Position numbers and translations under genes: made by a program
Notes under the pieces: generated by a model
Told to the model about the DNA's origin: nothing
Databases searched by the model: none
Seen by the model: the letters and a program-made list of their open reading frames with translations, nothing else
NCBI GenBank assembly: GCA_051294905.1
Contig: CM119371.1
Span: 29,452,001 to 29,516,000, forward strand
Source: Botryllus schlosseri
Taxonomy: Eukaryota
Length of the DNA: 64,000 bases
Direction of reading: 5' to 3'
Shown here: positions 24,017 through 36,800 of the stretch, piece by piece
How positions within the stretch are numbered: the stretch's first letter is position 1
Layout: the number at the start of each line of letters is the position of its first letter

Positions 24017-26289
24017 TCATTTTAATATGTATATACTATTCAATTGTATATGTTTTTTCTAAAATATTTAAACAATCATGTTTTTTATTCAAATATGATC
24101 AAAATATGATCATCACCTAGTCAAATCCGAGTCCGAGGGTTTTTGTGGAGGGTTGAGTCGAGTCAAAGTCAATGTCTTCACTGTTCAGTTACAAGTTCGA
24201 GCAATGCTTAACGCAATTTTTCATCACTCAGGTTCGTGATAGCGAATGCCTCTCAATCATATTATGCTAATGTTCATCATCCTTCGTAATTTATGACCCT
24301 ATTACTCCGATGCAAGAGTACAGATAGATGGAATACAAATAATGTGGAATGTATATTCTTCGAAGTTACAATGGAAGTTCTATTCCGGCCGTCGGAGTCT
24401 CGAGTCATATGACTTGTATACAAATCGAGTCAATACAAAAATTGACTCAAGTCGAAGCGAGTCAAATAAAGAGGGAGAAATTGACTCGGGTCGAGTCGAT
24501 TCACTGACAAATCGCCACTAGAGTCGGACTTGAGTCGATTAATGTATCGAGTTATTACAACCCTTGATGAATTATCCATGACTGCATGCTATATTGAGTA
24601 TGTTCGTTATTCAGGACCGTTAGATTATGCAGGTGTTCCGGTCCGAAACTTACAAAGATTCTCATTATAATACAAATATTTCCTACCAGGCTTAGCAAAT
24701 TTTGTTTCGTATAAGAACCAATTTGCACGACTACAGTACAAGATTATTTTCCCACTAATTAGTTCTCATGAGCGCAGTCGACAGTGCGGCCAAGGTACTA
24801 ACTGTACCGCAGGTCGAATGTTCATGTGATGTTATTGATGTGTAATCGAACTCCAGTAGGTTCTCTTATTCGTTGCATATAGTATATCTTTCAAATTCCA
24901 ATAGACCTGATCTTATTCAGGTATAATACTTGACCGTATCCTAGTAGTCTGTCGATAAGGATTAAGTAGATGACCGACAACAACGTTAGTGACAAGATAC
25001 AGGCATTTGTCCTCCATAATAACCTACCATATATACGATATAATAAGCAACTTCATCCATCGTGCGTTCCGCACAAATTCCACAATTTCCTTCTTTAATT
25101 TTTTTGTGATATCAAAATAACTGATGAAGACATCCACAGTGTATTTAATTTTCACTTTGTAATATACCAAATACATGAAGCAGGCCTATACTACTGCGTG
25201 GAAGCTCTGGATTGGAACCATTGGATTCCGATCCAAAAATCACTGTGTTTGCCTTTTGCCTTGCCCGTTAGATTCGCTTCTCACGAATTTGCGGTCAAGG
25301 CTCTTTCAATATGTTCCGAATGACATCAACACAATGCAACAATGGTATATACACGGGGATATGGACATAAGGATATATACATAATCTGAAATAGGCGAAA
25401 ATTTTTTGAGCTATGAAGTTACGAAACATATTTATGACTTGTGATATTGAGCAAAGGGTTGGAGAAGCCAGGTGCTTTTCTCTCCGTGACTAAACGACAC
25501 TGGATATAGGCTAGAGTTGGACCCTCATTACCGTAGCATTCCTCAGTCCGCTTAGGGCATTTTTGTCGCTCACAAACCGACATCCCTCTTCACTTCGGCA
25601 CAATGCAGATATTACACTAACGTCAGGAAATGTAAAAACAAGCCATTATAGCCTAGCTCATTTCCTGTGTCGATATTGAATGGAGGCATGCAGTGAGGAA
25701 TATTGTGAATGTATCAATCCCGCTCTGTCTAGTCTAGTGAGATCGTTTGAGATGCCAAGTTTTGTATACGCGTTAACAGTAGAGTTTGTAATAGTTATCT
25801 TAATAGCTGGATGAGGAGCGGAGGAATATTACGTAGTTTGCTTCTGTCAGTACGGACGTATGTCGAATACCAGGGAATTTGGCACTTGGCGGGCCTTTAT
25901 AGTACTAATCCTAACCTTCCCTCACCCCTAACAACAAACCCTAACAATAAACTCGCCCTAACTATAGCCCTAACGGCCTGACCCAACCCCAGACCGTAAA
26001 TAACCCTGATCCCTATCCCGAATACATTGATATTGACATGAAGGGCCATGTGCCGAATAGCACATAGCACATGCTTACATAATCATTATAGTTTCTACAA
26101 TCTTCATGCCGAATTCACAAAGTGCCGAGTTTGCTGGTAAGGTATACACAATGTACAATGCAATAAGACACAATGCGTTGCAATGAACAGAACAGCACTG
26201 ATATCCGTCTCTGCCCTGCCCGATGTCGCTGTTCTTTCTTCAATTTTTGTCTCTATTCCGCGACTCTCTGTTGTACTTTCCATTCCTTT

Positions 26290-26429
26290 CATCAGATCTT
26301 TTTTGAGCTTTTTTCGCCGTAAGAACAGCGACGTGGAGGAAAAGTAGCCCAGAATAACCTCCGTTGCGAAATCGAATCCGGGGCGCCCGGGCGGCAGGCG
26401 CTTAACGTCACCACCGCACTATCTCCCCC
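26290..26429 (-). mobile_element. SINE with a tRNA-Asp-like head
   Basis: The minus strand reads GATAGTGCGGTGGTGACGTTAAGCGCCTGCCGCCCGGGCGCCCCGGATTCGATTTCGCAACGG, resembling a degenerate tRNA-Asp with A and B boxes. It continues as GGAGGTTATTCTGGGCT, like the local SINE body. Confidence 0.55.
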
Positions 26430-27803
26430 GCTACTGCCCTCACTAAGCCAACTCCCGTGGTAATCCATCATCAGACTAACTACCTTTCTGTTCCTGAGGA
26501 TAATCACCCTAACATTACGAACGCTAGATTAGGATGCAGTAGCAACCCTAATCTCGACGTTTCAAAGTATGATATAAGTCCTGGTGGTGCATATTCGCTA
26601 ATTCCAAAGCATGGACAATTGTACGAAGGACATATCCGTCTATGAATCCTACATCGTTAATTTAAGCATTGATAGACGCAGATTGACGAGTGCTGTTCAT
26701 TGCAAATAACTACACATGTATATCATTGCCTCAACGAAAGATATAAGTCGTTGTGTGATAGCTCTTCATAAATACACATGTACGCGTTTGCGGGACAATA
26801 TAGGCTACACGGAGTGATATCGGACTCATCACGATTTCTACATTACTATTATCAGTCATTTTAATGCTAGTAAATCTGCATGACCTGGACATGGTCCATG
26901 ACCAGTAAAACTCAATATATATCTCGGTATGTGATAGGTAGGCTAATAAGGCTATTCCTCCATGCGTTTGACGGTGATGGTATATAGCTGCAGGAATTCT
27001 CTTACCGGTTTTCAAAAGGAACCTTGAGCGGCTTAAATATAAATTATATATTTTATTTTAGCATCGATATACAGAAATTACCGATTAATATTCATAGAAG
27101 CAAACTTCAACTGTCTGATATACATTTGTGGGATTATCAGAAATCAATGACAGCCACATCTGACTCTAAGAGCTGCGGTTGGGAAATAGATCATTATATG
27201 ATTGGTCCAAAAATGGTTCGGTCATTTCCGAAAGGTTTATTTTTGTGCTGCAAACTAGACCAACGCACCACAAAGGGAAATATCAACATATCTGTTCATA
27301 CTGTCCTAGCTAGAGGAGTTTTATATATTCTTCTTATAAGAAATTTCACTAAGAGTGAGTAGGCTACTTCTCGCTTTCGGTACGGAAGAAAGTTCGAAAT
27401 GTCTTTCGTTCGTTCATGTATCTAATGGCGTTGAGTGACTATACTGCCATATATTGTGACACATATGGTCTTAATAAAGTCATTGAATTATTTGAACTTC
27501 TTATCCCGTCTTATCGACAATATCGGTGATTACATGATTCTATTATGGTACGCGATAACTCCGATGACCATTGTGTCGAGGTTTGTAAACGGTGAAAAGA
27601 TACACCACGATTTGCGCATCTTTCGTATTTCAACGATGACGGCTAACACGGCAAACCGCATAATCACAATCTAATAGATAAAAATATAATAAACATGTTA
27701 TTCGTATACCACAGCATTACTAGTCCTGAACTTGGATATTCAGCTGTAAAAGCTCCTCCCTATATGGACTGATTGCACGTGTGATTTCGGTTCCTTTTAT
27801 GCG

Positions 27804-30800
27804 ATGATATTATATTTATGTTTCGCACTATTAATAGCTGGCGCAAGCATACAAGGTGAGTTAGTTTCTCCATCCCTTCTTGATTTGAGTTTTCCCTGCT
27901 AGGGAGATAGAGAGCGAGAGAGAGGGAGAGAGAGAGAGCGAGAGAGAGCCGATAAGAGAGACAGAGAGCCAGTGTGGGCGGATGAGAGAGAGAGAGAGAG
28001 AGAGAGCTAGTGATAGAAAGAGAGCGGGGAATATTTATATATAAATAGAAGGAGCAACCCCTGCCCCATGTATAGGCCTACATCTGACGATTCTGGTCAG
28101 ATCAAAATCAACAAAAGTCAGAGTCGTCAATCCCAATGCTCAAGTACAAATATAAGTAATGTCACGCCTTCTTTATCGATTAGAAATAGATGTAGCCGTT
28201 CACAAACAGCGTTGAAGTAGAATTCTAAACCGAAAAATATTGTTCAAGTAATTCACTGCTCACAGCTTTCAAAATTACAAGAATGCATAATGGCAAAACG
28301 CTTGAAGAATGACGAATGGCGCACCATCTATACCAGACCCGGGCAAAGTGCGGCCCGTGAGCCAAGTGCGGCACGCGAAAAGCTGGTTGAAATTCAAAAC
28401 CTACGTTTTAACGTTGCTGCGTGGACTAAACCATAGGCTGTATAAATTGAACCGAAAATTCATTTACTTTCAAGCATGTTCATTATTTTGCCGCCATTAC
28501 GCAGCCTACTTACGTCGCATTCGTAATCCAGATTCGAAATAACGTAACTGTAGAAAAGTATGCCGTATCAATTAAAGTCACTAAAAGTCATCAAACCTTC
28601 TTTGTTGCCATTGCCACACTATGCGTTACACGGCCTGTGCTCGAAATTGTTACGTTTACAAATCACTAACTCGTAAAATAAGTCAATCAGTGCCAGTGAT
28701 TACTAATGAGTCATCATCACCAATAAAGGATGAACTGGCATGTGAAAAAGAGAAAGCAGAAAGTTGAAAATCATTGTTTTACGGGAGTCAGGGGTGAACC
28801 CGTCTTTTCAGTAGTTAGTGCCGAGCAGGTCCCCGTGTTTAAGGAGTAGGCCTATGTATAATGTAAGTCGGCTATGACAAAAACACGAATACATACCCTC
28901 GGTCAAGGTAAGGGGAATTTCGGAAGAACTGCAAGCTTCGCTCAACAGCAAGGCTATTTCGCCAAGCTGCACACTGCTAGGAAGGCAGCTTCGAAGGCAA
29001 TAAGCTTTGTAGTATCTCAAACACATTTTAATGTCTTGATAGACCACCGCGGACAGGGGTTTAAAGAGAGTTCAAAATGTATCTTCTCATTTGGCCCGCG
29101 GAGAAAATATTTGCCCATCCTTGATCTATACTCATGATTGTTCAAATTATTATACTTTGCTGCCACGATTTAGTTGCCATATCGCGCGGCTGTTACAACA
29201 ATCTAACGCATAAAAGTGATGTATAGCGATCCCAACACTACTTATTTTATGTGTCGAGGGTATATTCAATCGGGAGGCTGCACAGACTAAAGAATAACCA
29301 CTTGAGTCAGCAAGTTGTGCAAGAAGGCAACGTACCTAACTGAGTATTAAAAGATAGAAGTACTCAGTTACTGACAGTCTCTGATTTCACAATTTTATCT
29401 AGAGTACCTGTAAATTATTTCTTCAGGACGGAAATGTTCAAACTATTCATTTGAATGCAACGATGGAAGTCAGTGTCTATATATTGGTCACTTTTGCGAC
29501 GGGCGGAAACACTGCAGGTAATATGATGGGTCGCTGACTGCTTGCACGGTGACCAGAGCCGAACGGTCGCATAGTTTCCCGTACGGCTCCACTTCAGACT
29601 ATCGTCAGATTAGAAACTGCTACTAAGACCCTTGCAATTGTTTTAGTAAACTCAGCTTGCCAAATTTAGATGTGGGTCGCGGAATATGTTCCAACCGGTA
29701 ATTGGGACGTGACAATGAAAAGGCTACGAACATTGCAAGCCACATTGCCCACACTGCAAACCAATAAGGTTTGGCCTCTTTTTCGCTTAGCCGATCGGTT
29801 TCAAAATGAAACCTTTGTCGCGGACCTATCTCTTAAAACGCAAATGTTTAACAGTGGAAACTCAATGAAGCTGATTCACTATAGGGCAGTGGTTTTTACC
29901 CAGGATTCACACGGGCCCTAGGGCCTCGCTGAGCCAGTCACAGAAATTTACAGGAGGTAAGGACACTCAATAAATTCGTGGTGCGCCCGTGCTAGCCATC
30001 ATTGGCTGCAGAGAATCAGGCGCGTTCACCTCCAATTGTGACTGTTCCGGTGCTATACGTTATGGGCAGTACCGTGCGCAAGGAAGACTTGTGTTCGAAA
30101 TCGAAACCAGTTCCTTTAGAAATACTGATTCATTACAATAGTTTCATTTTGTTTTATAAATCATGTTTTATTTCATTTGTACTTTTACCGCTGATGCTGA
30201 TGCATACTCATAATCCATGATGTGTGTTGTGTATATGTACCTGTATTCTATAGTAATGTTTTAGGTGGTGGAGATGTGGTACCGATGGATCACTGGGACC
30301 GAAAATACTTTAAAAATTCTCCATCTTAATTCCATGATTACACTCCGCGAACTTGTATACAATTTCATGTTGGCAAAATCTTTACCCACATACAAAAAAT
30401 GTCGACGTGCGCGAGCTATAGGGTCTCTGACAGATGTTTTCTGTTTTGGGGGGTGTAAACTAAATTTCGATCGACGCACACATTTTTCTTTGTAACCTTC
30501 AGTACGAACAAACCAGCAATCCTTTTTAATGTGAAGTGTAAGGCTTGTATGAGGCTATATAATGACAGATATTAACTTATTCAATACCTTCCCTGAGTGG
30601 AATTTTTTTCGATTAAAGTATAAAATTCGTAGGGGGGACCAATGATACAATGGCCAAATCAAGCAAAATAATCAAGCATACTAATCATGCAACAACTAAA
30701 ACATGCCTACACACAGAAAATATTTATGTAATAATTGCATGTGTTGTTTTATCGCTATAGGTATTTGGAAGTCACAAGGTCGATTTTCGGGCAATATGTA

Positions 30801-33800
30801 TGTACCCTCACATTTAGAAGTTCGAGCCGAAATCGAAACGTGATTTTATTGCAACATTTGAGTTATTATCAGTTCTATTTTGTGACGGTTGCCACCCAAC
30901 ATCCTTCTTTGGCTTGATGTAGGTTTGGTCATCATACACAGCAAGAAAAGTTGTGACAGCTGAGTTTTTGAGTATATGTCTCATAGGTACCTGGGTCGTG
31001 TGCCGTGGTACCCACCAGGTGGGGACCGCTGACACGTTCAAGTAACATATTTTAAACGTTCATAAGTATTTTTTGAAGAAAAAACGGATATTCACGTATG
31101 TATGCACGATAGGTAGAGCTTGTATCAAAGTGTCGAACCAGCAAATGATCTGCTATTACCGTCTGAACATTTTGGGGCCAGAGATCATTTTCCAATTTTT
31201 GATCCATCGGCACCACATCTTCCCTATATACTGCGGTATATTTATGTTTCGGAGACTCGGCGAAAATGCGGCGTTCACCTGATGCTAGCAGATTTAAGTA
31301 AACCCCCAAATGTGGTCCTCTCCATGAACTGCATCGTCATAAAGGGACCTATATAAGTCTTTATACCCCATCGCATTGTCGTCCACAGGAGGTAATTCCA
31401 CCAATCTCGCTTCTGCTGATCCATACAATTCCGATTAAACTATAGGTGACTGTTCAATTATGCAATAATATTACAGCTACAATTGTAGCACGCCCGTGTC
31501 TTACGAAATTTGAGGTGTGGATTCGCTGACAAATGGCACAATTGAGTGCCACTCCCACTCGGTACAACATAAAAAAGGCATTCCGCTGTCACCCTATGAT
31601 ACAAATTCATCTTTATGAATATTTTCAGGGATGGTAGCGACGAACTCATGTCATTACCTGTCAATGGTTCGGGGTATCGAGCATGTTATGGACGAGAATC
31701 AGCATACAACGGAGTGGAACCATGTCGGATAAGCGACAAATCAATTTGCGACGGAGTACGAACATGTGCCGAAGGTTAAAAATTTCATGCCGACTCTATT
31801 ATGGTAACAGCTGATATCGAAATACAATGATACGATGTTAGGCATCGGTTCCGTAATTGTAAATAAGGAAGATATATCAGTGTATTATAGTCTGTTTATG
31901 TTCGACGAATCATGATGACATTTTGTGCACTCAGTCAAGCAAGAGGCCTCATTAAAGATTTATACCAACAGACTAGTCCACGTGTTTGGTGCATTGGAAT
32001 TTTCCAGGAACCACTTACAGTTATACAGCCTGCCTCCTAGACCAATAAACCAAGTTCACCGCAATTGTGGTTTCCCTCCCCATGACGTACGATATATGCA
32101 CCTACGAGGCTTAACCCTGCATCTAGGAAAGATTACGAAGTGTTTCTTTTCAACAGGAACGGATGAATGCTTATGTGGCGATAAAAATAAAGGTAATACG
32201 CTAAATATGTACTGATTTTCATTAAATAACTTATTGACAGTACAGAATTTGAATACAGCTTCAAACGTCCGTTCATATTAGGGGTTTTTCCGTGATTAAT
32301 ATACCAGTAGGCCTACGGTTTAGGAGAAGGGCCAAAACAACACTTCGTCAGACCCCAAAAGAAACATTTGTCTCGGGCCATCAAGGGGTGATCAAATAAC
32401 CTTCCGGAGGCATCGCCTCCACGGCCCTCGTTTAACCGCTGCTCGACTTCCAGAGATTATTTTTGTGTACGGCATGCAGCCCGGCGTTTTCAAATTCACG
32501 ATTGAGTTACTTCAATAATATCAGCAATTGCATATATTTCGGTTTCATTTTCAGTCCACGTGGTCAGATTAACCGGTAAAGCTGAACGACGTGGTGCCTT
32601 TGTAAACATGAGGCATGCTAATGTTAATGATATACCATCGGTAATTATACATCTACCGGGCCCGTTGTTAATAATTACTTTGTTGAATATTGTTATTTCG
32701 TGACCTCCCGCTTGCTATACAGTCAAAAAATATTGGAATCGCCTAAGAATGACTAAAAGAAAAACATCTTTCGTGAGACGCACGGGTTGGCATTTCATGT
32801 ATAATCATTTTCTCATACATTGCCATTTAGGCGCTTATATAAACAGTTGATAATTGAATATATAGCTATGCACATATGAAGGTCTCGGCCCACATGCGGC
32901 GGTAATTTTCGGCCAAGCTTTTCTCGCCGCGAATGCGGAGTCTCATATCGGCCGAAATAGTTTATGACTTGAAGTGCAGTGGCGCGGTAATGTGTATTTC
33001 TACATAACTAAAGCCTATTTTCTTTGGGGTGGAGTATTCATATAAAAATCAAGACAGGTAGCGACATCAAATCTAGCCAGGCGCGAAAAATTTTCACAAG
33101 TTTTAATAATATCACCAAAAGAGGCTTCATAATTTCCGTCTTTACGAAATCACTTGAGAGAGAGAGAGACAACATAATATTCTTTTTCGCCTGCACCGCC
33201 GAGATGCGGTACGACCGTAAGGTCACCTAGTCTGCACCCCGTGTTTTCTCCTTCCCCCTTCGAGCTCGCCCCCCCCCAATTAGGGGGCTTGGGGTGTGGT
33301 AATTACGGCAGTATCAAGGAGCCTATGTAAAATAGTAGCAGCGGAGATAATACGGAATTCCGTATTTTCAAATTAAAGCGGTTGTCTTGAATATGAGATC
33401 ATGAAAACCGCAATATCACAAACATTCGTTTTGTCACGGCATGAAAATCAGTATTTCTGTGCTCATAAGTCGAAATTTATGGAATGATTTCTACTTTTAC
33501 TTGGGTATCATCGATCCATTCGTTTTATCGTGCACGCATAGGACCTCTAAACTAGGTATGTGACTGCATTACACAATTATACAATTTATCAGCGAAAATA
33601 GAAGATAGAATGCGATACCGCAAAGTTGGGACATAGTGTTATGATGCAATACACTACCAACCTATACATCACTGAAATCTGAAATACAATAACCTCCTCC
33701 GATTGTTAACGAGTAATACGAACGTATGAATTATATATATTCGTTCGATTTGAATCATTCAAGATAGTTGGATAAAGTGAACAGAATATAGCAGTGGTTC

Positions 33801-36800
33801 TTCACCCTTTTGACCTCGTGAGCAGGTGAACCTTCCAAAACCAAAACTCCCCCTAAATTCGATTACGACAAATGCATGCAACTTGAGTGTAATATTGGAA
33901 ACTTCATTCAATACCTACTTTTTGCTAAAAAATATTTACACGTGGTTCTAATGAGATATCAGCCAATCTTCGCAAAGTCCTGTTTGAGACAACTTATATA
34001 ATTGAAATTGTTCTGTATTCTGCGAAAGAAATATGACTTTGCTGTTTGCCATTCCCACTAAATTTGATTGCCATTACAACTGCTTAGAAGCTTTTAAATA
34101 TAGCCTACACCATACATCATACAAAAAGACGTCCTAAACTTCGTTATAAATTTAAAATCGGATGTTTTATAGCTCTAATTAATGGACAAATGAAATGAGA
34201 TATAAAATTATAAAATACTCGGAAGACCGACAGGAAACTAGTCACTGACCAGCACGGATCCGCGGAGAGCCGGTTGAGAACCAAAAAAAAGTCACCTTTG
34301 TGAAAAAAAGTCCATTTTGTCCAATATTTATGCAAAATTCTCAAAAAAGAGGACAAAATCTCAAAAAGAAGACATTTGGGCGTCCCTCAAGGACATTTTC
34401 AAAAAAGTTAAAAAAGAGGACAAATCCTCTCAAAAGAGGAGGTATGGTAACCCAATAGAACGGAGATACATTACCATTATATTACTTTACTGCTAGTTTA
34501 CGACAACGTAAGCTGAAAGCTCCGATAGCTTCGTTTGCGGTCAATATATCTGTGATATAACATTGGAGACCCAGTAAAACGCAACGCACTATCATTGAGT
34601 GACTGGTTGATGTCAAACGTCACAATGGCGTATTCAGAACAATCCAAACATTTTAACAACTACTGCGATTTATTCCACACCGATTACTTGATGACTTGAA
34701 ATTGACTCATAAATTTTGCTCCGAGTTACGACTCAATCCACATTTTTGAAACTCCGAATCCATTCAAGTCAAGTCACTTTAGCAAAGTGATTGAGTCAAG
34801 TCAAGTCATACGAAATGTTGAATTGAGTCATCACAACACTGCTATCTCATTTAGATCAGTGGTTCTCAACCTTTTTCACCTCGCGGACCAGTAAAATTTC
34901 AAAAAATGTCTGGCGGACCGGTGGACTTTCAAAATTGAAATGAAGCCAAAATATAAAGTATGCAACCGTTTTTTGCAATTTATGGTGCTAGAGAGTGACA
35001 TTTAGAGGGTTTGGATCGTAATTATAATCTTCATGGTGGCATCCATGTGATTTTATGGAAGTGAGTCAGCTGAGTTGATGTAAAATTGCCTTGTCCAGAT
35101 AAACGTGCTACCGCCGAGAGTCGTTTACAGTCTTTCGTGCCGAAGGCCGTGGATTAACTGACCGCGCCAACTCGGATAATATGCATCTCTTCGACAATAT
35201 CGAGAGATGAAGCTTTTAGAGTATGACCATGCATCCTACTACGAGAACAATGCGCCGCACGAAAACACCTGGCAACAGCGATACCTGGCCACTGGCCAGT
35301 GGCCATCCACAAAATTAATGAATCGAAAATGAATGATCGTGCGAATTGCGCGGTTTAGCGAGTCAGCTCGTACTTAGCGATTCGATCGTATGTCGTCACA
35401 GGATACAACTCGAACATTAAGTCAAATTCAACATGTTTCCGGCACTAATCTAGACTACCTCACGAAGTTCTGCATCAGTTTAAAATTTGACGTTTTATTT
35501 ATTTTACCAATGGACTAGCCTTCAACATGTTTCATTTTGAAATTAAGGTATAAAATCCTAATATACCTCGCGGACCGGTAGAAAAGTCGTCACGGACCGG
35601 CACCGGTCCGCGGACCGGCGGTTGAGAACCACTGATTTAGATCATATTGACAATATTTGCTTTCGGTGCTTGAAGCATTCCAGCATTTACATTCCCGTCA
35701 GCAAGGTGTGCGATGGAAGGTTTGATTGTCCCGACCTGACAGATGAATGTCTTTGTCGTTTATCTGATCATCGCATGGTTTGCGATAGACTAGTATGGGG
35801 TATGGAATATATGTTGTTCTATCTTGCGTAGAAAGGAATATAATCTTCATATTTATATCACAGAGGGGCAAGTGCCGCATCTTCACTGCGGAGAATCAAA
35901 CATATCAACCCGGATTGATGTCAACGTAAGGCAGGTGTGCGATATGAAGTACGTAACGTATGTTCCTGTATAGCACAGTACAAACAATGGATTAGGAAAA
36001 CATATTATCCATCAGAATTCTATCCAATTCTCGCTATTCATATATCTGTGCTCACTTACTTTTCTCCTTAGAACTTCAGTATAATGCTGTTCGCACATGT
36101 TTTGAATAACACATACCTTTTTTTAAGTGGAATATTACAACTTTCGGGGAAATAAAATTTGTCAACAGCATTTATAACTCTATTGCGCAGCAAATCAGTG
36201 TATTTTACGGGGTATATATCAGGTCTGGTGGCGGTCCGTGGTTGAGCTACATCTTTACCGCTAGTTTTCCTGTAATTCACCCAATGCAAATCTGATGCAC
36301 GTGAAGTGCATAGTGCATTTTTGTACAGAGTAATGGAATCGAATGTATTTTCGTTTTCAGGTCGGACTGCAACGTCATTGAGAATGAGAAGCCATGCATA
36401 TAAGAGCCGGTGAGGAACTATTTCTCTTTTATCTCATTCACACAAATATTGCTAAGTATACAGTATATTCACATTTAAGATATTTCGGATACTGAATATT
36501 TCTCCGTGTGCAAATACAAGATTTGTTCCATGTCCTAATCTTGTGGTTCTCAACCCTTCCGACCTCGCGGCACCCTATAGAGCAGTGGTCGGGAACCTTT
36601 TTTGTCCGAAAAGCAATAATGGCCCTATTTTTCCATCTCAACTACCAAAGAGCCATACATGCCAATCAACTGTTAAGTCACAATTGAAAATTCGTGCGTC
36701 ATGGTAGCACTAATTCGAACTCAGTAGATGGGATTCCTTGTGTGGTCCATATTTTCTCTGCAAAAACTGGTATTTATTGTTCGGAAATAAAGCTCGAAAC

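Larger units (their letters stand above)
22818..24051. mobile_element. Penelope-like retroelement: two 5'-truncated copies in head-to-head inverted arrangement (GIY-YIG endonuclease, 3' UTR, hammerhead)
   Basis: Arms 22818-23426 and 23443-24051 (609 bp each, about 6 mismatches seen) flank a 16-nt spacer. Each arm encodes NVVYEFKCHCDCGYVGRTSKRLQERVNQH...SAIGKHL...LESTFIKIHQPRLC, which is a Penelope GIY-YIG endonuclease with the CCHH pattern. Candidate 12-bp TSD TATATGTTTTTT at 22777-22788 and 24047-24058. Confidence 0.92.

Noticed and set aside
26361..26429. Functional tRNA gene
   Set aside because: Stems are disrupted and the sequence runs into SINE body.
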